From contig NC_069001.1 in NCBI RefSeq assembly GCF_001194135.2, positions 37,144,060-37,182,754 of the forward strand: 38,695 nucleotides of DNA, in the 5' to 3' direction. The DNA comes from Octopus bimaculoides (lineage: Eukaryota). Every line of letters begins with the position of its first letter. Position 1 is the first letter of the stretch. The notes beneath the pieces were generated by a model. The model made no database searches and was not told the DNA's origin. It was given only the letters and a program-made list of their open reading frames with translations. The position numbers were made by a program, and so were the translations under genes. Positions 1-10,902 of this stretch are shown piece after piece.

Positions 1-1
1 A

Positions 2-265
<264 letters not shown>

Positions 266-551
266 TATTTATAGCAAACTAGTTTTCTGACTGACATAAC
301 TTCAGATGATAAATATAATCATAGAAAGGAAAAAAGACAACAGATATCTGTGGTAAAATCTCTGAGAAAGTAACAGTTCATGTATTTATTGATACAAAAC
401 TATAGCTGTAGCACTGTCAAAAGTCATTCATCATCTTGTAAGGATATTCGCACATGAAAGAAGATATAACAGTGTGATAACAACACTTTATTTTTTTTGT
501 AACCATAACTACATCTATATTGGTGAGGTAACTTACCATTGTCATAATGTT

Positions 552-557
552 AATAAA
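552..557 (+). promoter_or_regulatory. Candidate polyadenylation signal of ZNF-0
   Basis: AATAAA within ttAATAAAacattgtttc. The same context recurs downstream of ZNF-B on the minus strand. Confidence 0.5.
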
Positions 558-694
558 ACATTGTTTCTGGATAATGATTTGCATTCCATGTAATAATATA
601 TTTTGTCACCATGTATCGTGTACTAATGGTATATTGTGTTCATCATCCTCTCTTCTATATACATACATACATGCATATATGTAATGTACATTCA

Positions 695-822
695 AAAAGC
701 ACCTAGTACACTCTGTGGAGTGGTTGACATCAAGAAGAGCTTGGTGCACCCTTCTGGCTTGTCAGTTCCTATCAAAGCATCTGACCCCTGCCAGCATGGA
801 AAATAGATATTAAATGATGATG
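695..822 (+). mobile_element. Degenerate 3' tail of the RTE-LINE/RTE-tailed SINE family
   Basis: aaaagcacc..ggagtggttg..ccagcatggaaaa..taaatgatgatg matches the reverse complement of the 3632-3830 element end. A second decayed piece lies at about 953-1060. Confidence 0.6.
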
Positions 823-2490
823 GTATATATATGTATGAATGAACACACATACATGCATGTATCTATATATTGTACATGCATATACACACACACTCACACA
901 TATATATATACTGCTTGACCAACAATCTTCTGTGTGAATCTAATTGATGCTGGGTGGTTGGTGTTACAAAGGGTATCCATCCATAAATCTCTGAAACCTG
1001 GTGCAGGCTCTGCCTGGCCACCTCCTGTCAAACCGTCCAGCCTATACCAGCATGGAAGGCCTCCACTCTTCTATATAGTTTAATAGTGTTAGCCGTCATA
1101 TAATACAATTTGGAACACACAAGAAGAATAATTTTAAATGTCTTCGTGCTTATAGAAAACATTGAAATGAATACTAATTTTCAACAGAAAACTACTTATT
1201 ACCTTACAATAAAATTGAATAATATAAGCTTCTCATTTGCATAACTCTTCTCACAAGTAGACAAGTAGAGGGGGTGAAAGATTTCTTCCCCCAGTACCAA
1301 ACAAAAGGCAAAATTGAATTTGTGCTTCGTATTTATACTTTTTTCATAATTAAATTAACTCAGGCTAAACAAAGGATTTTTCATCTGTTATCTGCCTAAG
1401 TTTGGCTCGAAAGGTTATAGGTTAACAGTTCATTCTCATAAATTTGTGAGTGCTAATGCCGAGAACAATAGAAAGGAACTCCTAGAAAAATCTAGGTTAG
1501 GCTTCAAGTCTTGGCTAAGAACCTATTCAGTACAAAGGAAAGTAAATAAAAAGGGGGAAAAGCAATAGTTTGCACACCTCAGTATGAACGGTGTGTTCAG
1601 CTGTGCCTCGCAGACATAATTGTGAAGGCATTGCCTTGGAGAGTGGCCAGTGATACTCACTGCAACAGTGACCCCATCTCACAAATGTCATTTCTCAGAC
1701 AGGCCACTGTTATCCCGAGTTTGCAGACAAAATTAGCAGTGCAACCTCCAAGAACACCCGAGAGCTCATTAGCAGCCGGTCAGGCTCTGGAATTTAATTA
1801 TCTTTCTCCCCTTTGTATTATGGGTGGTGATACCTGAATTTGCAGCAAGGTCTCAGATTAGGGATTTTTCCATTCCTTGTATGGGAAGAGGGTTATTCTG
1901 TCAGGGGACTTACTATCCTTGCAGTCAAGACCTGCTGATTCCAGTTGTGTCAAGGCCCCTTTTTGGTCTTGATCAGAGTAGTGTGTCAGGAGAATTAGCC
2001 TGCGCTATGGATACAAGCCAAATTTGTCAACTACAACCCCAGAATGGCATTTGTGTGGCTCACTTATGCAGAGGCAGAGGCGATGGGCCACTTCGATATC
2101 AAGAAAGGTACCATTTGATTAGGAGGGCACCAAATTGAACCATGCACTGCTGTTTGACCTTGAAGCAGAATAGAGGCAGGCAAAGCAAAAGTCTGTCTGC
2201 CTGAAGGTAAAGTTGTTCTTGGTAATGCCCCAGTTGCAATGGACATCTGAATTCTGGGGGACAGTGAGGCCTTCAACGGTTCACTAGGCCAGAGATGACT
2301 TAAAGTTTCTGGGCCATATCAGGTTTAGCCAACCCACAGAGTACCTCACCAATAAGGGGGCAGCTGGAGGAGATTGAGAAAAGATAGGCTGGCAGCACCA
2401 GGTCCAAAGCCAGGATGGTCGAACATAGAATCTCTGGCTACAAGCATTACTGAATTTATGAAGCCATAGCTCATATATTTCTTAAATACC

Positions 2491-2690
2491 AGGCATATGG
2501 CGTAGTGGTTAAGAGCGCGGGCTACTAACCCCAAGATTCCAAGCAGTGACCTGAATAAACATCGAAAAATACCTTAGGAATGAGAACCCAGGTTCGAAAT
2601 TTCCCAAGACACCCGATGAAGGCTGGAGGGTATATCAACCGAAACGTTGTGTTAATAACAAACAAGATGAGGACAAATATCCATCAAATA
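2491..2690 (+). mobile_element. tRNA-derived SINE-like element with a Penelope-type hammerhead in its 3' part
   Basis: Pol III A-box-like TGGCGTAGTGG at 2498-2508 and tRNA-like head (gttaagagcgcgggctactaacccc). The 3' part contains c-c-gatga...gaaacgtt. Confidence 0.6.
2608..2653 (+). ncRNA. Minimal type I hammerhead ribozyme fold (this copy probably mutated)
   Basis: Stem I gacac(2608-12)/gtgtt(2649-53); core C-c-GAUGA (2613-19; U4 replaced by C); extra A; stem II ggctg/caacc (one mismatch); GAAA (2641-44); palindromic ACGU stem III; GUU cleavage triplet. Confidence 0.55.
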
Positions 2691-2981
2691 TAAATAGTGT
2701 TTGATATTTATTCTTACTTTAGCGTTTCATGGACTCCAACAATAAATGTGAAACATTCTTCCACAATTACAAGGGAATACCTCGATTATCTCCCTTCACA
2801 CACGTACACCTTCAAGATAACAGTCCTGCTTCAAGCTAATCATAGTCCCATATCACATTCTGCTTCGACTTCTTGGAGGAATGTCTATCTCTGCTATTGA
2901 ATTCCAGTTGAATAAGAATTCAGCAAAAATTCGTAGGTATCAGAATAGTAACGAAAATTCTGTTAAAATAGTTTATTCATA

Positions 2982-3350
2982 GGCGCAGGAGTGGCTGGGT
3001 GATAAGTAGTTTGCTTACCAACCACATGGTTCTGGGTTCAGTCCCACTGCGTGGCACCTTGGGCAAGTGTCTTCTACTATAGCCTTGGGCCAACCAAAGC
3101 CTTGTGAGTGGATTTGGTAGACGGAAACTGAAAGAACCCTATCGTATATATATATATATATATATGTATGTGTTTGTTCCCCTCCCCCCCCTCTACATCA
3201 CTTGACAACCAATGCTGGTGTGTTTATGCCCTCGTAACTTAGCAGTTCGGCAACACAGACTGATAGAATAAGTACTAGGCTTAAAGAGAATAAGTCCTGG
3301 AGTTAATCTGCTTGACTAAAGGTGGTGCTCCAGCATGGCTATAGACAAAT
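2982..3350 (+). mobile_element. tRNA-derived SINE, family C (near full length)
   Basis: ggcgcaggagtggc head, B-box-like ggttcagtccc, internal (TA)n and tail gatagaataagtactaggctt..gactaaaggtggtgctccagcatgg. Homologous copies at 9367, 13669 and 15240. Confidence 0.75.
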
Positions 3351-3631
3351 GGGAGGCCTGGATCATATCGGGTTTAGCCGTCCCACAGTACCTCACCAAT
3401 GTTCAGTTCCACTACACAGCACCTTGGACATGTGTCTGTTATAACCTCCGACTGACTAAAGGATTGTTGGTGGATTTAGTAAGGAAAAACCAAAAGAATA
3501 TTTTCATAGGTACAATGTGACAGTCAGTTCACAACCCTCATCATGTAGTAAAAATACGTGAAGAAGATCGTGAAACAGCTGTAATCCTATAGAAGTCACA
3601 TGGTTAAATAAATATATATTCACTTGTCATA

Positions 3632-4146
3632 CATCATCATCATCATCATCATCGTTTAACGTCCGCTTTCCATGCTAGCATGGGTTGGACGATTTGACTG
3701 AGGACTGGTGAAACCGGATGGCAACACCAGGCTCCAGTCTGATTTGGCAGAGTTTCTACAGCTGGATGCCCTTCCTAACGCCAACCACTCAGAGAGTGTA
3801 GTGGGTGCTTTTACGTGTCACCCGCACGAAAACGGCCACGCTCGAAATGGTGTCTTTTATGTGCCACCCGCACAAGCCAGTCCAGGGGCACTGGCAACGA
3901 TCTCGCTCGAAAATCCTACAGGAGCCAGTCAGGCGGTACTGGCAACGGCCACGCTCAAAATGGTGCATCTCATGTGCCACCCGCACAAGAACCAGTCCAG
4001 GGGCACTGGCAACGATCTTACTTGGCTTGCCGGGTCTTCTCACGCACAGCCCATTTCCAAAGGTCTCGGTCCGTAGTCATCGCCTCGGTGAGGCCCAATG
4101 TACGAAGGTCTTGCCTCACCACCTCAGCCCAGGTCTTCCTGGGCCT
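3632..4146 (-). mobile_element. 5'-truncated RTE-clade LINE: ORF2 C-terminus, 3'UTR with internal tandem repeats and (GAT)n tail
   Basis: Minus strand 4146-4018 translates to RPRKTWAEVVRQDLRTLGLTEAMTTDRDLWKWAVREKTRQAK* (RTE C-terminal GRPRKTW..DL..LGL..DR..W motif). (CAT)n tail at 3632-3652. Confidence 0.85.
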
Positions 4147-4836
4147 AACTTTATGGTTTTACATATATTTATAAATACACACACACACACGTGTTTACAT
4201 TAGCCATACATACACACAGAAACACACATTGAAAGTGTGTGAGCATCTGTTTATTTCGTTGCTCCCTGTAAACTGCTCAGCTGCCAGAAGTGATGACACT
4301 TTCACTGTCAGCACAGCATCTGCTGTCTTTATATCTTCGAAGAAATGCAGAACAGGAGATTCATTCGATGCAAAACAAGGAGGAGGCCAGCTATCTGTAA
4401 AACAATATCTCAATGATATATTTGTCAGACTTAAGTTAGCATGGAAAAATAGACATGAAAATGAACAAACATATTAGTTGAATAATTTATATAAGAGATC
4501 ATAGGAATATCGCATTATGATAAACTATTTTATTTCATATTTTGTATAGTATGAGTAGCATTAACAATTCTCTTTTCTCTCTCCTACTCAATTCAGTCAT
4601 TGGACTGCAGCCATGCTGCAACACTGCCTTCAGAAATGTAGTTAAAATAAACCAGCCCCAGTACTTGTATGTGTTGAGGGCTAAAGCATGATAGAGAGAC
4701 AAGCATGAATTTAAGTAGCTTTTTTGAAAGAATGAATTATCATATATAAAGCTTTTTCCATGTATGAATATAACTGTGTCTAGTTGAGTGACTAGAATAA
4801 AAAAAAATATGTTGCAAATATAACAACTGTGGTAGG

Positions 4837-6756
4837 TCAGTGAATATGTTTGTGCTTCTTTAAGATACCACTTCCAGAAAACGATTTACCACAGATATCA
4901 CAGTGATATGGTTTCTCTCCTGTATGAGTATGTTTGTGATAAGATAAGCCATGTTTTTGAGAAAATGATTTACCACAAATATCACAGTGATACGGCTTCT
5001 CACCAGTGTGAATACGTTTGTGAGCAATTAAGGCACCACTTTGAGAAAATGATTTATCACAGACATCACAGTGATACGGTTTCTCTCCTGTATGAATGTT
5101 TATGTGCCTCGTTAAATAATTATTTCTTGGGAATGATTCACCACAGATTCCACACTGATAGGGTTTCTCTCCTGTATGAATACGTTTGTGAATAGTTAAA
5201 TCACTGCTTTGAGAGAATGATTTATCACAGACGTCACAATGATATGGCTTCTCCCCTGTATGAATACGTTTGTGGCTTCTTAAGTGACTTTTTTGAGAGA
5301 AAGATTTCCCACAGATATCACAGTGATATGGTTTCTCTCCTGTATGAATACGTTTGTGATCAGTCAAGGAAGTATTTCTAGAGAATGATTTACCACAGAT
5401 ATCACAGTGATATGGCTTCTCTCCTGCATGAGTGCGTTTGTGCTTAGTTAAGTCACAATTTTGAAAGTATGATTTACCACAAATATCACAGGGATAAGGT
5501 TTCTTTCCTGGATGGATGCTTTTGTGAGAAGTTAAGTCACCACTCTGAGAGAAGGATTTGCCACAGATATCACAGCAATATGGCTTCTCCCCGGTATGGA
5601 TTCGTATGTGTATAGTCAATTTACCATTGGAAGAGAATGATTTACCACAGATATGACAGTGAAATAGTTTCTCTCCTGTATGAATTAATTTGTGTGTAGT
5701 TAATTTAGCATTCGAAGAGAATGATTTACCACAGACATCACATGAATATGGCTTCTCACCTGTATGAATACTTTTATGTAAAGTTAAGTGGATTCTTTGA
5801 GAGAATGATTTACCACAAATATCACAGTGATATGGCCTCTCACCTGTATGAACGCATTTGTGTTTTGTTAAGATACTACCATTAGAGAATGATTTGCCAC
5901 AGATATCACAGCAATATGGCTTCTCCCCAGTATGCGTACGGTTGTGAATAGCCAAGTAACTGTTTGCAGAAAATGATTTACCACAAATATCACAGTGATA
6001 TGGTTTCTCCACAATGTGAATGCGTTTGTGTCTAGACAACTCACTACTTTGGGAGAATGGTTTACCACAGGTATCATGAAGATATGATTTTTGACTTGTG
6101 TGAACAAGTTTGTGTTTAGTCAAGTGACATGTTTGAGAGAATGAATCCCCACAGATATCACAGAGATACGGCCTCTCACCAGTATGAACACGCTTATGTT
6201 TAGATAAGTTACCAGTTATCGAGAAATATTTTCCACATATATCACACCGATATGGTTTCTCTCCTGTATGAATACGTTTGTGTTTTGTTAACACACTATT
6301 TTCAGAGAATGATTTACCACAGATGTCACAGTGATAAGGTTTCTCTCCTGTATGAATGCGTTTGTGTCTGGACAAATGACATTTTTGAGAGAATGCGTCA
6401 CCACAGATATTACAGTGATATGGTTTCTCTCCTGTATGAATACGTTTGTGAGTAGTTAAATTACCAATCTGGGAGAATGATTTGCTACAAATATCACAAT
6501 GGTATGGTTTCTCTCCTGTATGTATACATTTATGCTGACTTAAGGGAGTACATTCAGAAAATGATTTCCCACAGATATCACAATGATACGGTTTCTCTTC
6601 AGTATGAATGCATTTGTGAGTGATTAGACTATCTTTTTGATTAAAAGATATTTGACAGATATTACATCGATACAATGTTTTATCTGTCTCTTTCAACATC
6701 TCATCAGAAAAATCAATATATTTCAGATCTTTTGCAACTGTCACCTCACAACTCAT
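4837..6756 (-). CDS. C2H2 zinc-finger protein ZNF-A, 639 aa, 22 tandem fingers (finger 8 lacks its first Cys), short acidic N-terminus, no KRAB/SCAN/BTB
   Basis: Uninterrupted ORF of CxxC-x12-HxxxH repeats with TGEKPY linkers. Confidence 0.95.
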   Translation of the reverse strand: MSCEVTVAKDLKYIDFSDEMLKETDKTLYRCNICQISFNQKDSLITHKCIHTEEKPYHCDICGKSFSECTPLSQHKCIHTGEKPYHCDICSKSFSQIGNLTTHKRIHTGEKPYHCNICGDAFSQKCHLSRHKRIHTGEKPYHCDICGKSFSENSVLTKHKRIHTGEKPYRCDICGKYFSITGNLSKHKRVHTGERPYLCDICGDSFSQTCHLTKHKLVHTSQKSYLHDTCGKPFSQSSELSRHKRIHIVEKPYHCDICGKSFSANSYLAIHNRTHTGEKPYCCDICGKSFSNGSILTKHKCVHTGERPYHCDICGKSFSQRIHLTLHKSIHTGEKPYSCDVCGKSFSSNAKLTTHKLIHTGEKLFHCHICGKSFSSNGKLTIHIRIHTGEKPYCCDICGKSFSQSGDLTSHKSIHPGKKPYPCDICGKSYFQNCDLTKHKRTHAGEKPYHCDICGKSFSRNTSLTDHKRIHTGEKPYHCDICGKSFSQKSHLRSHKRIHTGEKPYHCDVCDKSFSQSSDLTIHKRIHTGEKPYQCGICGESFPRNNYLTRHINIHTGEKPYHCDVCDKSFSQSGALIAHKRIHTGEKPYHCDICGKSFSQKHGLSYHKHTHTGEKPYHCDICGKSFSGSGILKKHKHIH

Positions 6757-7125
6757 TCTTCATAATATTGCTTCTCTTTCACTACAATACAGATATTTTT
6801 TTTCTAGTTTTAGCTTTTTAAATTTCTCTTGACAAAATATTTCTACTGTTATATTTCCATCACCGGTTACTTTTGTCAATATCTGGAATCGTTGTCAACT
6901 CTTTTGTAAATTTGTCTTAATTTATTCCAATCAATGAAGCAGAAAAGTTTTGCCATTTTTCCCAGTTCACAGGAAATATTTCATTTTCCAATAAATTCCA
7001 TCATGGATTTGCATAAGCAGGGTTATATCTGTTCTCTGGAACATTATCCTTTAGTCTTGAAAAGATAAATATTGTTGATGGAGCTGAAGTAAAATATTTT
7101 TGTGGGCCAATGTCATCTGATATTT

Positions 7126-7145
7126 CTGAAATAAAAAAGAAACAG
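7126..7145 (-). promoter_or_regulatory. 3' splice acceptor opening the large ZNF-A exon
   Basis: Minus strand ctgtttcttttttatttcAG|aaatatcagatgac. An equivalent acceptor context precedes ZNF-D at 32682-32700. Confidence 0.6.
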
Positions 7146-8572
7146 TATAAGATACTTGTCTGTGTATATAGTACATTCTACATATTTTGTGCATAGATTG
7201 GCCTAAGTATATGTGTATATAGCCTACATATTTAGTGTGTGTATATAGTTATCTACATACTTTCTCTGCATAACAGTCCAAGTATTTAGTTTATGAATAG
7301 TTATCAACATACTTTGTGTATATAGTGGTCCATGTACGAGTTTTATATTATCTACATGTTTAGTTTATGGATATAAACTGTTACACACATGGAGAACTTA
7401 GCAGATACAAAATAAATAAAAAGGTCCAGCTATAGATATTACAATAATCAGGTTAGCTATCAGGTATATTCAAGGTTAGAGACATTGTTTCTAAAGGTGA
7501 TCAACAAAGAGAGCATCTCCTCAGAAAACCAATTTTATTAAAGAAGGATGTGATGACACTGATATTTTTGGGGGGGGAGTTCAACTTTCAACATTTGAAA
7601 ATTCTAAGAGAAAGATTCCTGTTCATAGTTTTATTGATATCGTAAGCTATTTGAAGAGAAAACAAAAAGGGAAGCCCGCTGATGGGCAGTTACCAAATAT
7701 TAGAGATTTGTAAAAAAAATTGGTAATTGTTACTAATAATTCCTGCAAAATCTGTTCTAGCTAAAGTAACAAAAACAAAGATCTATCCTTCATCAAGAAT
7801 AACATAATTAAATAATAGACTATATACACGTATAAAGATTATTAGGATACTTCAAATAAGCATGTAATTGTTTATATTTGTTAAATCGCTGAATTCAGAC
7901 CAGTGAGAATAAAATTAATATAGACGCGAGACTAGCAACATTAAAAGGATTTCAATTACCAAACACTGTAATTTACTTTCGATTTGTAACAGTTAATCCT
8001 GGATTTTCAAAAATAAAACGTAAAAATTTCGGTTTGGAAGTATGATCTTGTAGAGAGAAATCAGAAATACGAGAAATATCTCCTTCCCCGCCCCCTGATG
8101 TAATGATTTTTAACTTTGTAACCTTTCCAGCCTTTAATCAACAATTCATAATCTCAGAATAAAGCGACGAAGCTGATGTCATATCTTAAGCCGCACTTTC
8201 GATACAACACGTTTGTGCAAATTGGAATCTCGCACATTACTCCTTGTTTGTTTATATGTGTGTATATTTTGTATATATGATAGATAGATACATAGATTTA
8301 ATATACATTTGCTATAGTCAAGGAGAACGACTCCAATAACAAAATGCTTCATTAACACTAAAATAAATATTACGTATTATTGTTTTCACAAAGAACAAGT
8401 TCAACGGAGATGGAAAACAAAAGATAACTGCATTTGTAGAGAACGTTGAAAACAGTGGGCAGGTAGAAAGAACGAAAGAACCATGAAACATTGTTAGTAT
8501 TTATAGCAACACGATGAAAGGCAAACATTTCTGAAAGTTTACATTATGTTGTGTGCACGTGTGTGTGTATGT

Positions 8573-9354
8573 GTGTAACTTTTTTAGGCCAGGTTCAAAG
8601 AACCCTATTTCTTATCCTGAAAAAAAAAAAAAAAAAATCTGAAGTCTTCAATTGACTCTGTTTCTGAATGGGATCTACCTCTTATAAAATGTTCTAATAA
8701 TCGGAACGATGGAAATCTGTAGGTGCTGAGACGAGTGAGTACGGAGGATGTAGAAGAACTTACCATCCTAACTGTCTTTCCCTTCCTTGGGTTTGCTGCA
8801 GACGATGAAACATTGTGTTCGGTTCTCAAGCATGAGATCATGTGGAACCCAAATTCCTTCTTTGCATGTTTTGCCAATTTGCTTGAGATGTTCGTGGACA
8901 GTTGAACGTGACACATTAAATTTTTGCGCCAAATTTCTGGTGCTTTGACGCGGATCCGATTCGATAGTCTCATTCAAAAATTCGTCATTCAGAGCGGATG
9001 GTCTTCCAGAGCGAGGCTTGTCGGATATGTCATAATCACCATCTTTAAACCTTTTAAACCACAGTCGACATGTACGAGCTTTCACTGCATCCGGATACAC
9101 TTCACAAATGTTTTTCATCGCTTCTATAGTGGTACTGTTCTTTCGAAACTCATACAGTAAGCAATGACGAATATGTTGTTTGAGAAATTTCTTATCATCC
9201 ATGGGATTAATTACTGAAATAGCTATGATAGAAGAGACGATATACCATTTCTAGGCATTTCCCTCCCATTCGACCTTAACTGTGTCGTGATTGGTTGATA
9301 CATACTTCATAGTGGTCAAAAAAACAAAAACAATTACTTTCTGAACACCCTCGT
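8573..9354 (-). mobile_element. Internally deleted mariner transposon (HTH region intact, catalytic core missing)
   Basis: ORF 8768-9202 has HIRHCLLYEF, WFKRFKDGD, PRSGRP and WVPHDL. It is joined directly to a decayed C-terminal GW*VLLHPPYSLVSAPTDFH..FFEPGLKKL. A mariner-type end (acgagggtgttcagaaagt, reverse complement) lies at about 9336-9354; the other TIR was not found. Confidence 0.9.
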
Positions 9355-9366
9355 GTATGTGTATAC

Positions 9367-9690
9367 GCACAGGCGTGACTGTGTAGTAGAAAGCTTGCTT
9401 CCTAACCACGTGTTTTAAGGTTCATCCCCACTGCATGGCATCTTGGGCCTACCAAAGCCCTGTGAGTGTACTTAGTAGATGGAAACTGAAAGCAGCCTGT
9501 CGTATATGCATGTAGCTGTGTCTTTGCATTTGGGTATGTCCCCACCACCACTTGACAATGGGTGTTGGTGTCTTTACGTCCCTGTAACTTAGTGGTTCAC
9601 CAAAAGAGACAGATAGAATAAAGTACCAGGCTTTAAAAACATAAGCACTGCAATTGAATCAAATGACTGAAACAAATAAAGGTAAAAGAT
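9367..9690 (+). mobile_element. SINE family C, diverged copy
   Basis: Collinear with 2982-3350 (head, ggaaactgaaag, cgtccctgtaacttag, gatagaataaagtaccaggc, aaatgactgaaac). Confidence 0.7.
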
Positions 9691-9718
9691 ATATATATAT
9701 ATACAATATATATATATA

Positions 9719-9880
9719 TCATCCTTTAACGTTTCCATGCTGGCATAGGTTGGATGGTTTGACTGGAGCTGGTAAGCTAGAGAGCTGCACCAGTTTCCAG
9801 TCTGACCTGGCTTGGTTTACAGTCTGTGCTGGGTGCTTTTAACATGATACCGCATGAGTGCCATTACGTGGCACTGGTAC
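9719..9880 (-). mobile_element. RTE-type 3' tail fragment
   Basis: tcatcctttaacgtttccatgctggcataggttgga..ctgcaccag..gggtgctttt matches 3650-3815. Confidence 0.6.
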
Positions 9881-10652
9881 AGGACCCTTGTAGGCCAATC
9901 CTCCTCACCTTAACACTTCTGCTGTATAGGACAAGTCTTCTTGAGTACAGGAAGGTGCCAGGTATCTCAGTATATATACAAGATAGCAGCATACGGTTGC
10001 GTGCACAGTGAGAGCTACAATGACCTTCATGAGGCAATGTGCCAAATGACACAATTGGGTTTACTTTGCATGTTGTGAACTTTGTGTTTTTGTGATCACA
10101 TGTATGCTGTAGACTGTGATTTTTGTCATGGACATGGTCAGTGCATAGATATACAGTAAGATTTAAATATAAATATGTATATAAAAAGTGAAAATATACA
10201 TATACATATAAAAAGGTACAATGTGTGAATAAGAAATATATATAAATATAAAAAAGTAAAAAAATATGCAATTGAAAAATATAAAGATTTAAATATAAAT
10301 TATATATAAATGGAAAGATATACATATATATATATATATACATATAAGAAAAAAAGATACATGCATATTTTCAGATATTTTGTTGGATGGCCGTTGACTG
10401 TTGAGGAGTTCTTAATTTGACAAGTTTTTATGTCTTCCCTTTTTCAACAACAGCCTGACATATTGGTGAACAGTCAACAGTGTTGGAGAGCATAAGGATA
10501 AGGAGTTGTAGCTGAGATGTAGGACTAGAAACCATCTGAATATTGGAAAAGAGTTACCTATATCATGATTTGCACTGGATATCAAAATGCCAACACCACG
10601 ACTGTTGCTCAATGTCCTGTGAATGCTGTAAGACAGGACAGAGACAGCTACA

Positions 10653-10902
10653 ATCATCATCATCATCATCGTTTAACGTCCGCTTTCCATGCTAGCATGG
10701 GTTGGATGATTTGACTGAAGACTGGTGAACCGGATGGCTGCACCAGGCTCCAATCTGATTTGGCAGAGTTTCTACAGCTGGATGCCCTTCCTAACACCAG
10801 CCACTCTGAGAGTGTAGTGGGTGCTTTTACGTGCCACCGGCACGAGGGCCAGTCACACGGTACTGGCAATGGCCACGCTCAAAATGGTGTTTTTTACGTG
10901 CC
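10653..10902 (-). mobile_element. Young RTE LINE 3' end running into an assembly gap
   Basis: (CAT)n-cgtttaacgtccgctttccatgctagcatgggttgga is nearly identical to 3632-3860. Confidence 0.8.

Noticed and set aside
2491-2545. tRNA gene
   Set aside because: Only a tRNA-like 5' half with an A-box; no intact T-arm, B-box or acceptor stem, so treated as a SINE head. The same applies to the other SINE heads.
3708-4203. Overlapping 84-132 aa ORFs in a GC-rich stretch
   Set aside because: They lie in the RTE 3'UTR tandem repeats; only the minus-strand 4018-4146 frame has a recognisable motif.
4908-6455. Short antisense or alternate-frame ORFs within ZNF arrays (4908-5195, 5868-6107, 6252-6455; also 22218-22952)
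   Set aside because: By-products of the 84-bp finger periodicity; they repeat the same MIYH/VSLLYE pattern and have no independent coding signal.
6763-7003. Stop-codon read-through or A-to-I recoding joining the leader peptide to the ZNF-A finger ORF
   Set aside because: Several further in-frame stops intervene, and the current ORF start is in a different frame.
9864-10343. 159-aa minus-strand ORF rich in Y, I and F
   Set aside because: Translation of AT-rich low-complexity sequence.
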